This document shows, in pieces, positions 31,605 to 40,131 of a stretch of 64,000 bases of DNA (positions are counted from its first letter, which is position 1; each line of letters begins with the position of its first letter). The DNA lies in NCBI GenBank assembly GCA_965209155.1, contig OZ242383.1, positions 3,520,001-3,584,000 of the forward strand, written 5' to 3'. This DNA comes from a bacterium (lineage in GTDB: Bacteria; SAR324; NAC60-12). The notes beneath the pieces were generated by a model. That model had not been told where the DNA came from. It ran no database searches and saw nothing but the letters and a program-made list of their open reading frames with translations. The position numbers and the translations under genes are program-made.

Positions 31605-32671
31605 AAGTTGCGAAAGTTACCGAACCTTATCATTTCGAATTGGTGAATCAACCCGAGCCCCGGGCTAAAGACGAAAAGGTGGTGGTGAAAATACTCAGCG
31701 CCCCTATGTGCTCCGAATACAGGTCGTATAAAGCCGGACTCAGATTTCCTATGTTGGGTCACGAGGCCGCAGGTGAAGTGGTGGAGGTCGACCGCTCTTC
31801 TAAATTGAAGGTCGGCGATCGGGTGGCCGTTCCGCCTGGTTCCGATCTTTGTGGTGTTTGCGAATATTGTCAATCCGGTGATGTCCTGTTCTGTCAAAAA
31901 AACGTGGACAAAATCCAGGATGTCATCAAATTTGATGAGGGTAATAGTGCTCAGGAAGAGAATTTAAGCGGGACCTGGGCCCAGTATATGCTCAGAGAGG
32001 ATTGGATGCTGACCCCCATTCCCGAGGAGGTCTCCACCGACCATGGCAGCATGATGTGTTGTGGATTGGGACCCTCTTTCGGTGGCATGCAGCGCATCGA
32101 TGTGAAAGAAGGAGAGACGGTGTTGGTTATTGGCGCAGGGGCCGTGGGTCTCGGTGCAGTTGTCAACGCCATCCATCGCCGAGCCCATGCCATCGCCTTG
32201 GAACCCCAACCCTATCGACGTCAGTTGGCTTCTGATTTGGGAGCAATGGCGGCGATCGATCCTACCGGTGAGGATGCATTGGAACAAATTATGGAACTCA
32301 CCAAAGGGAGAGGTGTGGATGCTGCTATCGATTGCAGTTCAAACCATCCCGCGGGGTTGCAACTGGCCCTCGATTCCCTCCGTCGTCTGGGAAAAATGGT
32401 ATTGTTGGGAGGTCAGTATATTGACAAAGACAAAGACTACATAAAGCTGGCAGTCGAACCCAATTTTATCTTCAAGGGCCTGACTTTGTGTGGTGCCTGG
32501 ATGTACAATATATACGACTCACCGAAACTGATGCAGGTGATCCGTGACAGTGGTCCCTTACTGGACAAGCAAATCACACACCGTATGCCCATGTCCCGTA
32601 CCCCGGATGCCTTCGAACTGCAATCAAGTGGAGAATGCGGAAAAATCATCCTCCATCCCTGGGAGGATTGA
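31601..32671 (+). CDS. Zn-dependent medium-chain dehydrogenase
   Basis: GHEAAG, CxxCxxC..C, GAGAVG. ATGA overlap with the upstream gene. Confidence 0.9.
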   Translation: MKVAKVTEPYHFELVNQPEPRAKDEKVVVKILSAPMCSEYRSYKAGLRFPMLGHEAAGEVVEVDRSSKLKVGDRVAVPPGSDLCGVCEYCQSGDVLFCQKNVDKIQDVIKFDEGNSAQEENLSGTWAQYMLREDWMLTPIPEEVSTDHGSMMCCGLGPSFGGMQRIDVKEGETVLVIGAGAVGLGAVVNAIHRRAHAIALEPQPYRRQLASDLGAMAAIDPTGEDALEQIMELTKGRGVDAAIDCSSNHPAGLQLALDSLRRLGKMVLLGGQYIDKDKDYIKLAVEPNFIFKGLTLCGAWMYNIYDSPKLMQVIRDSGPLLDKQITHRMPMSRTPDAFELQSSGECGKIILHPWED

Positions 32672-32674
32672 AAG

Positions 32675-33928
32675 TTATCTTTCTTTGATCAGGGGCTCAT
32701 CCATCATTGGAGGATACACCGTATTCTCTGAATTGTCGTAGGCGTATTCCAGGGCAACGTTTTCGTCCAGTTCATACCCGAGCCCGGGATCTGTTGGCGG
32801 GATCACATAACCGTTTTGCCAGTCAATCGGTTTTTTCAAGAGCTTCGCGTGCATCCCGCCGAATTGTTCGATGCTTTCCAGGATCAGAAAATTCGGACTG
32901 CAAGTCGCCACTTGGATGTTGGCGGCTGCTTCCAGGGGACCGCAATATAAATGAGGCGCCAACTGAACGTAATGGGCTTCGGCCATGCCGGCAATCTTTT
33001 TCGCTTCGAGGATGCCCCCCACTCTTCCCAACGCCGGCTGCAGGATGGCTGCCGACTTTTTCTCAAGCACCTCGGCAAAATCGTACTTTGTTGCCAGCCG
33101 TTCTCCACAAGCGACCGGGATGCTCGTGGCACGCGCCACACGAGCCATTTCAGTTCGATTCTCGGGTGGTACCGGTTCTTCAAACCACAGCGGGTCAAAG
33201 GGTTCCAATCGTCTGGCAAGCCGGATTGCGCTGGCAGTTGTCATTTGTCCGTGAGTGCCGAACAACAGGTCACATTGACTGCCAACCGCCTCTCTCAGGC
33301 TGCGCGTGACGATTTCAGCGGTTTCGAGTTCCTCCAGGGTCAATTGCCTGGGATCGTAAACGGTCATGGGCATGACCGGATCGAATTTGACTGCCGTGAA
33401 TCCCGCCTCCACGTATTTCAATGCCCTTGCGCAGGCTCGTGCCGGGTCCTGGAAAAATTTCGAATGCTGGAGGATCAATTCTTTCGAACTCGTCCCCGCC
33501 GTTTCAGGCTGCCCCACATCCGTTGCCTCATCGTACAAATAAGTGTACGATCTCAATTTTTCATGGGCTTTCCCACCAAGTAAATTGTAGACGGGTTGTC
33601 CCAGCGCTTTTCCTGCAATATCCCAACATGCCATCTCGATGCCGCTCAAGATCCCCGACGTGGTCAGGTCGGGATGCTGGGTGTAGCCATCCGAATAGAC
33701 GATCCGCCACAGGCGTTCGATGTTGAAAGGATCCCAATCGATCACGTGCCGCGCCACTACGTCTTCTACGAGCCCTGCCACTTTCGAGGGGTGGAAAGGG
33801 ACTCCGTAAACTTCACCGTACCCTGTGATCTTGTTGTCCGTTATTAACTTCACGAAGATGAAATAAGGACCTCCCCGGGAAGGAGGAGGATTCCTCACGA
33901 TGAATGTTTTCGCATCCTGGATTTTCAT
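32675..33928 (-). CDS. Mandelate racemase/enolase-superfamily dehydratase (DgoD-like)
   Basis: ACWDIAGKA, KFDP, WFEEP, GER, PGLG. Confidence 0.88.
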   Translation of the reverse strand: MKIQDAKTFIVRNPPPSRGGPYFIFVKLITDNKITGYGEVYGVPFHPSKVAGLVEDVVARHVIDWDPFNIERLWRIVYSDGYTQHPDLTTSGILSGIEMACWDIAGKALGQPVYNLLGGKAHEKLRSYTYLYDEATDVGQPETAGTSSKELILQHSKFFQDPARACARALKYVEAGFTAVKFDPVMPMTVYDPRQLTLEELETAEIVTRSLREAVGSQCDLLFGTHGQMTTASAIRLARRLEPFDPLWFEEPVPPENRTEMARVARATSIPVACGERLATKYDFAEVLEKKSAAILQPALGRVGGILEAKKIAGMAEAHYVQLAPHLYCGPLEAAANIQVATCSPNFLILESIEQFGGMHAKLLKKPIDWQNGYVIPPTDPGLGYELDENVALEYAYDNSENTVYPPMMDEPLIKER

Positions 33929-33963
33929 GGATCGCTCCTATGGAAATTCTACCATCAGTTAAT

Positions 33964-34306
33964 CTGAGTTCGACATAAATCTTCAATGATATGAGTATCC
34001 TGATGTATATGCCATCCTCGCTAACCTTGTCCCCACTAAACTTGTCCCCGTGAAAGCGGGGAACGGGGAGCGGGAATCCAGGGAATCGAAACAGACTCTG
34101 GATTCCTGGTCAAGCCAGGAATGACTAGGTTCCTCTAAGCTATGAAGATTCCACAACATCCATTCTGTGTCATTCCCGCGAAAGCGGGAATCCAGGGAAT
34201 CGAAACAGACTCTGGATTCCTGGTCAAGCCAGTAATGACAAGGTTTCTCTAAGCAATGAAGATTCAACAATATAATGAATTGATTAAAATCTTATCTCGA
34301 ACTCAG
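33964..34306. mobile_element. Miniature inverted-repeat element, family A, with internal tandem duplication
   Basis: TIR CTGAGTTCGACATAA/TTATCTCGAACTCAG. GCGGGAATCCAGGGAATCGAAACAGACTCTGGATTCCTGGTCAAGCCAG occurs twice. Confidence 0.75.
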
Positions 34307-34526
34307 GTCAGTTACACCGTTTGTCGACTTCGCAGTGCCGATTACCAGAGGAATTGCCTCAATCTTTGAATTCAAACCGCCCTCCATGGTTTCCTATATC
34401 AATCACCATGAATTAAAACAGTTCCTCATCTCAACGCAAGATTTTTTTCAGTAGACTCTGAATACAAACTTGAATACGATATCCACGACTGAACTTGGTC
34501 CTTAGCTCTTATAAGAGACGCAGTGC

Positions 34527-35135
34527 ATGAAACTATATTCCTACATTGTCAAGTATGACACTGGCTTTTCACCGAATCCATTTTGGGGATGGTGTACGCT
34601 TGCCAATTGCAAACCAAAAATAAAATGCGCTGCGCAGCTTGGAGATTGGATAGTTGGATTGAGTCCGAAAGCTAACGGAAACAGGGTCGTATTCGCTATG
34701 AATGTAGATGAAATTCTCGATTATGCTCATTACTTCCATGACAGTCGTTTCAGCAACAAAATACCAGACTACACCAAGGGGGAAGTAATTTACAAAACTG
34801 GAGATAACATATACAAGCCGCTATGTTGTGGTAAGTTCAAACAGTTGCAATCGATGCACTCCAATGGAAAAAAAGAAAATCCGGATACCAAAACACACGA
34901 CTTGAAATGCGAAAATGTTCTCGTGGGGAAGATATTCCACTACTTTGGTGGTTCCGGTCCTGAATTGCCAGAACATTTGAATAAATTGAAGGTTGGCCTG
35001 GGACACAAGTGTAAATTTTCAGAAAAAACCATTTCAGATTTCCTGGAGTTCATTTGCTCACACCCTCGTGGGATAGTTGCTCCGCCAACAAAATGGCCAC
35101 CTGGTGACTACTCTTGGCAACAGCAAGAGAAATGA
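34527..35135 (+). CDS. Nucleotide-modification-associated domain 2 (Nmad2) protein
   Basis: YSYIVKYDTGFSPNPFWGWCTLANCKP..GDWIVG..GDNIY..YFG signature. Confidence 0.8.
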   Translation: MKLYSYIVKYDTGFSPNPFWGWCTLANCKPKIKCAAQLGDWIVGLSPKANGNRVVFAMNVDEILDYAHYFHDSRFSNKIPDYTKGEVIYKTGDNIYKPLCCGKFKQLQSMHSNGKKENPDTKTHDLKCENVLVGKIFHYFGGSGPELPEHLNKLKVGLGHKCKFSEKTISDFLEFICSHPRGIVAPPTKWPPGDYSWQQQEK

Positions 35136-35995
35136 AGCTGATTCTCAGTCGAAAAGGTTTTGACTCTTCTGCCGGAGGAGTTCCAAGTCCGATATTTCCT
35201 GATAACCGTATGGTGTCGCTACCTATTCCGGACAAGTCGTCTAGCGTCACCTATGGATCCATATCCTACGACGGTAACTCACTTGGACATATCGTTGCCG
35301 ACCTCACAAGTGGGTGCATTCAATCGCACTACCGGGCCCATATAGATCCGGACCTCGTGGAGGATAGCCTGCCTCGCTTGCCTGGTTGGCGACCCATCTT
35401 CGGACAGACGGGCCAAGCACAAGGTCACCTGAGGAATAACCACGTTGGACCGGGAGATGTCTTACTTTTCTTTGGTCTTTTCCGTCGCGTCGAAGTACTG
35501 AACGATTCTTATAAATGGGTGCGTGGTGCGCGCCCACGCCATGTTATCTGGGGTTGGTTGCAAGTGGCCGAGATTTTACACCTCGGGAATTCTCGAACCC
35601 CAAGGCCCGAATGGGCTCAGTACCACCCTCACTTCAACAGAGGCAATGATCCCAACAACGTCGTTTACGTTGCGCGGCGGAAGCTACAAATTGATGGGTT
35701 GAAGGAAAGCCTCCCGGGTGCGGGTACTTTTACGCGATTCTCCCATAATCGGCAATTAACAGCACCTTGCGCAAAGAATTTGACCACTTGGGACCTTCCG
35801 GGTTGGTTCCATCCGCGTGATGGCAGGACGCCACTCACCTATCATTCAAACGTGCAACGGTGGTATAAGCGTGGTGACCGAACAGAACTGAAGTCGGTGC
35901 CAAGGGGGCAAGAATTCGTATTGAACTGTGATCAATATCCGGAAGCAGTCCGCTGGACATGCGACCTGATCAGGAACAATGATGATGAATGCTAA
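35132..35995 (+). CDS. Nucleotide-modification-associated domain 3 (Nmad3) protein
   Basis: LILSRKGFDSSAGGVPSP..SLPIP..HIDPD..GQ..HL..GD.LLFFG..HPH..RGQEFV. ATGA coupling to Nmad2. Confidence 0.8.
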   Translation: MKLILSRKGFDSSAGGVPSPIFPDNRMVSLPIPDKSSSVTYGSISYDGNSLGHIVADLTSGCIQSHYRAHIDPDLVEDSLPRLPGWRPIFGQTGQAQGHLRNNHVGPGDVLLFFGLFRRVEVLNDSYKWVRGARPRHVIWGWLQVAEILHLGNSRTPRPEWAQYHPHFNRGNDPNNVVYVARRKLQIDGLKESLPGAGTFTRFSHNRQLTAPCAKNLTTWDLPGWFHPRDGRTPLTYHSNVQRWYKRGDRTELKSVPRGQEFVLNCDQYPEAVRWTCDLIRNNDDEC

Positions 35996-36061
35996 CAAAA
36001 CGCTGCGCCCGGATAGTCATTCGCTGCGTTTCTTCGCAGCCGGTGAGCTAAGTCATTCGAT
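35990..36061 (+). other. Degenerate attC-like site
   Basis: TGCTAAC overlaps the Nmad3 stop, then AAAACGCTGC...GCCGGTGAGCTAAGTC. The R' box has decayed (ATT for GTT). Confidence 0.55.
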
Positions 36062-36239
36062 TTGAAAAAATCTTTCTCCGATAATGTAAATCAAAAAGAA
36101 GAACTCGGCCAATGGTTATTGTCGCCGGAGAAAACTATTGCAATTGTCTCTTGGCTTTTATTAGCTTCCAAAATGGAAATACACTGGAGATCAACACCTG
36201 TCGGGAAAGTACAAAAGAATTTACCTTTCTTCAAGCAAT

Positions 36240-36916
36240 TCAATGGCTTATAAATTCATACAAATAGTTTGCACTATCGTTTAGTCGAGTTATATTCTCT
36301 ACTTCAAAAAGATGACATTTTTTGTATTTTTTACCGCTTCCACAATGACATAAGTCGTTTCTACCAAGCTTGTAACTAGCTAGATCACGTATTTCTTTTA
36401 TGTACTCTATTTTTCCTTCTAATCCATGAGGATACTCTCCCCAAAGGTCGTTTCTTACCGCATTGATTCCAAATTTTTCTGTATAAGAAAGACGATAAAA
36501 AAAGGGATTATCAAATTAAATATAAAGTTCTCGATTCTTTGGTTACTTTCATGCCAAGAACTTATTCCCAAGCAACAAGCAAGATTATCTGAATTTATAT
36601 GTAAGTCTATGATTTCGACGTTACATTTTTTTGCAATTTCATTGTATCTTCCACCTGATTCGTATACTCTTGGCCAACAATTAGAATCTATGGAATCTAG
36701 ATGAATCGCTATTTCGAATACATCTTGAATAAAAGCATTTCGATCTTTATTTCCTTTCCCAATAATAAGTTTTCTAGACACTTGGTCATAGTAAGCGCAA
36801 AAATCAAGTTCTCCTACAATTGTTTGGGTTATTGCATTGTAGTGTAAGTTAGGAAAACACGATTCTAACCACTGAATATCCTTGTTTTTTATCTTCATAT
36901 TGACACTACTGCGCAT
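36240..36916 (-). CDS. E2/UBC-like protein with C-terminal SEC-C zinc finger (1-nt frameshift at A7 36497-36503)
   Basis: WPRVYE..LHINSDNLACCLG resembles an E2 active site. Adding one T gives PFFYRLSY..WGEYPHG..GRNDLCHCGSGKKYKKCH, ending at TGA 36240. Confidence 0.7.
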
Positions 36917-37850
36917 GAGGTTTTCTTGGGGTTAATGCTACTGCTATAGAAACGTTTTCTTCCTTAAGTTTTCCGAATTTTTCCCCAAACAACTCCCTCC
37001 ATTTTTTAACACTTGAATTATGATCTGTGGCGTCAAATGCTTCGTTTACCTTTCCGTTATATATATTGAACATTTTTCTAAAGTGGCTGTATTTTTCCTG
37101 ATCCCAGTGTCTGGTAAAGCTTTCGGACTGTAGAACAGGATTGCATATTTCTGGCATGTTTACATTGCTCTGCAAGAAATAATTGATCCGATTTGAAATG
37201 GTCTTTAATGTGTCTGGAATGCTTTTGAAGTTTTCACTGCCTTCTTCATTTTTGTATACCTCATTACCAATAAGTGTGGTTAAAAGAATTGATTTTACTG
37301 AGAAGTTCCCTTTATGATCTCTAAGATATTTCAACAGCCGCGTGACTCTCTTTAGATTTCCATTTGTGATTCTTGTCCTATCGTTGAACCAATCTCTAGA
37401 ACCCGTTCCATCGGAATCTTCGAACTTATTTTCCTTATTATTGCATATAAATGGGTCTGGTCCCTGTGAAATACACGGAACAATATCTAAGTGAAAATCT
37501 CCCGTGTAATCTATGTAAACACATCTGGTTTTTCTATGCGCTATTTTTTCGTAGTTTTTATTGTTTTTAAGACAATTATAAAGATCATTGATGTAATCTT
37601 TCGGTTCTTTGTCTGGGTCGAATTTCATGAATAGTAAAATGTCAGCATCATATTCATGGTTATTAATAGGTTTGATAATTGTGCGTAAGGCGTATGAACC
37701 CTGTCGCTCGATTTTTTTTTCGTAAGATTCCAGGTTTTTACTTAGATAAACTGTTACAGACGAGATACTATCATTCAGCTTTGTAAGCCGTGTCTCGTTT
37801 AGATTTACTTCTTTGGTGAGAAAATCTTCAAAAAATTTTATATGTTTCAT
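36906..37850 (-). CDS. CD-NTase (cGAS/DncV-like, SMODS nucleotidyltransferase)
   Basis: QGSYALRTIIKP..EYDAD..RCV..FHLDIVP..RLLKYLRD..NP..W..LFG.KF. Confidence 0.9.
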   Translation of the reverse strand: MKHIKFFEDFLTKEVNLNETRLTKLNDSISSVTVYLSKNLESYEKKIERQGSYALRTIIKPINNHEYDADILLFMKFDPDKEPKDYINDLYNCLKNNKNYEKIAHRKTRCVYIDYTGDFHLDIVPCISQGPDPFICNNKENKFEDSDGTGSRDWFNDRTRITNGNLKRVTRLLKYLRDHKGNFSVKSILLTTLIGNEVYKNEEGSENFKSIPDTLKTISNRINYFLQSNVNMPEICNPVLQSESFTRHWDQEKYSHFRKMFNIYNGKVNEAFDATDHNSSVKKWRELFGEKFGKLKEENVSIAVALTPRKPHAQ

Positions 37851-37907
37851 TTTTAAAAACCTTCTAAATGTTTAAAATAAATACTTGTGATCAGAATCAT
37901 TGCTACG

Positions 37908-38867
37908 TTAAGGTGTGAGAAATTCTTTTATTTTATGACCTTTGTGAGAAAAATCCTGATCAGCTTCTCTTGTCCAGTTTGGTATTTTATGTGGATCATC
38001 CATCGAAAGAGGATTGTCCGATTCGAAATTGATACGCAGTAATTGATCTGGTTCTCTCTTATCTTTCGTTTGAAAAAATAAATTCAACATATTGTATGAA
38101 CTTTCTGCTTGTAAATTGAGGATCAAATTAATAAATTTTTCTCTTTGCCAACGGGTTGCTATTCCCCATCCTAAAAATGTATTGCGGAACCTTCCTGAAG
38201 TACTTTCATAGCAGGTTTTGCTTTTACCCGCACCAATTGAAAGAATTCTGAGATTATATAGATCAACACCGAGACGTCGTTTCGCTTCGATGGCAGCGAC
38301 GAGCGCAGGATTATTTGCCCACAAACCACCATCGGTCAGGGGATAATGACCTACTACATAGGGATCAAAATATGTCGGTGCTGAACAAGAGGCCATAACA
38401 GCGTCGGCTACAAGGACATTGGGGTCTCGATGAAACTCAGGATCATACGCGGATTTAAATACATGCACTCGACCACCACCAATATCAACTGACGGAATGA
38501 TTAGAGGCACTTGTATATCCTTCAGTTGAATGTCTCCAAACACATCATGTAGGCAAGATCTCAAATTCTTAATACTATAACGACTTGCAATGAGACTGGA
38601 AAATCCCCCTAAAATAAATCTGGCAAACCAACGTCTCCTGAAAATTGATTGACCGTGTTCAGCGTAGAGATTGTATAGCTTATTTGCTGACTCCCCATGA
38701 GCTAATCCAGCCGCAATAATGGCTCCCGTGCTTGTACCGGCAAACAAATCGAACTGGGTACGCCAATTAACACCCCATTCATCTTCCATACGCTTAAGAA
38801 GATACGCTGAGTATGCGCCTCTGAAACCGCCGCCATCAATTGATAAAATGTAGAATTTGTTACTCAA
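37908..38867 (-). CDS. capV: Patatin-like phospholipase, CBASS CapV-like effector
   Basis: DGGGFRG, AGTSTG, SAPTYF, DGGLWANNP. Directly upstream of the CD-NTase. Confidence 0.85.
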   Translation of the reverse strand: MSNKFYILSIDGGGFRGAYSAYLLKRMEDEWGVNWRTQFDLFAGTSTGAIIAAGLAHGESANKLYNLYAEHGQSIFRRRWFARFILGGFSSLIASRYSIKNLRSCLHDVFGDIQLKDIQVPLIIPSVDIGGGRVHVFKSAYDPEFHRDPNVLVADAVMASCSAPTYFDPYVVGHYPLTDGGLWANNPALVAAIEAKRRLGVDLYNLRILSIGAGKSKTCYESTSGRFRNTFLGWGIATRWQREKFINLILNLQAESSYNMLNLFFQTKDKREPDQLLRINFESDNPLSMDDPHKIPNWTREADQDFSHKGHKIKEFLTP

Positions 38868-39148
38868 AAGTCTAATACCTTAAAAATCTATTGCTGCTGC
38901 AAAGTTATTCTTGAAAAAACGATATGCAGGGAAAGCTATACTCTATTTAACAAAGCCAAAACCTTCTCCACATAAAGGTAATGAAAAAAAAACCTTCATA
39001 AAATTTACCCAATGAAACAAATAATATATCAAATCTCTAAAAAATTCTATATAATAAAAAACATTTTGCTTTTTAATACAAACTTTTCAGCAAAAACTAC
39101 CCTTCTCTTTTTATTGCTTGAAATTAAGATCGATTTCCTAAATTGTAT

Positions 39149-39523
39149 ATGCGACGACGACCAGAATCAGAGAGGTTATACGAACTTGTAGGGCAAAAGT
39201 TGGAAAAGCGCCGGCGTGAGGCTTGCCTCACGCAGACCCAACTCGCTCAACGTTGTGGCCTCGCGCGAGGCTCAATTGCCAATATTGAGAGCGGAAATCA
39301 GCATCCAACGCTCCACACACTTTGGTCAATTGCCGATGCGCTTAATATTGATATACCCGCGCTTGTTCCGACCCGGGATGAATTCTCAAGGGGCAAAGCA
39401 AACACTGTAAAACCGACAATCACAGGCCGGCTAGAGAAGGTAGCGGGAGAAAGTCGAAATCAAGTAATCTCTTTTATTACTAGCAGTCGAAAGGAAGTTT
39501 TGTCCTATGTTGATAGAGAATAA
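39149..39523 (+). CDS. XRE-family HTH regulator (CapH-like position)
   Basis: LTQTQLA..ARGSIANIESG..TL..IADAL. Divergent from CBASS. Confidence 0.85.
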   Translation: MRRRPESERLYELVGQKLEKRRREACLTQTQLAQRCGLARGSIANIESGNQHPTLHTLWSIADALNIDIPALVPTRDEFSRGKANTVKPTITGRLEKVAGESRNQVISFITSSRKEVLSYVDRE

Positions 39524-40007
39524 AGCCAATCAGCTACTCGTAAAGGCAGGCATTATCACTCCTCCTGTTCAAGTGGAGAAAGTTGCTGCTTACTTAAACA
39601 TAAAAATCGAGAGGGTAGATCTTGGCGAAGATTGTTCGGGGGTGCTCGTTCGCAACGCGGATAGCGCCATCATTGGCGTTAATGAGAAACACCACCTCAA
39701 CCGACAGCGCTTTAGCATAGCGCATGAGATTGGTCATTTTATTCTTCACGAAGGAGATACTTATATTGATAAAGGATATCGCGTGCTCTTCCGCGATCTC
39801 GAATCGGGTTCCGGTTCCAAAGGGGAAGAGATGGATGCCAATGCATTTGCCGCAGCTCTCCTCATGCCTGCTGAATGGGTCAAGGATGCCTTCTTTCAGC
39901 AACCCTTTGATCTAACCGAGGATTACGTTTTGCAGATGCTCGCTAATAAGTTCAAAGTGAGTATCCAAGCGATGAGCTACCGTCTCATGAGGCTGCGGAT
40001 ATTCTGA
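39507..40007 (+). CDS. ImmA/IrrE family metallopeptidase (CapP-like position)
   Basis: RQRFSIAHEIGH, E..ANAFAAALLMP, FKVS. Confidence 0.9.
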   Translation: MLIENKANQLLVKAGIITPPVQVEKVAAYLNIKIERVDLGEDCSGVLVRNADSAIIGVNEKHHLNRQRFSIAHEIGHFILHEGDTYIDKGYRVLFRDLESGSGSKGEEMDANAFAAALLMPAEWVKDAFFQQPFDLTEDYVLQMLANKFKVSIQAMSYRLMRLRIF

Positions 40008-40131
40008 TTTTATAATATTGTTTGCACTGGATGCCTGTCTGTGTTCAGTACAGATATGCAGAATATATAGTTCTCAAACAGACTAAAGCTTCTTGAGGTA
40101 AGAACAACTATATCATTTAGAGATAGAATTC

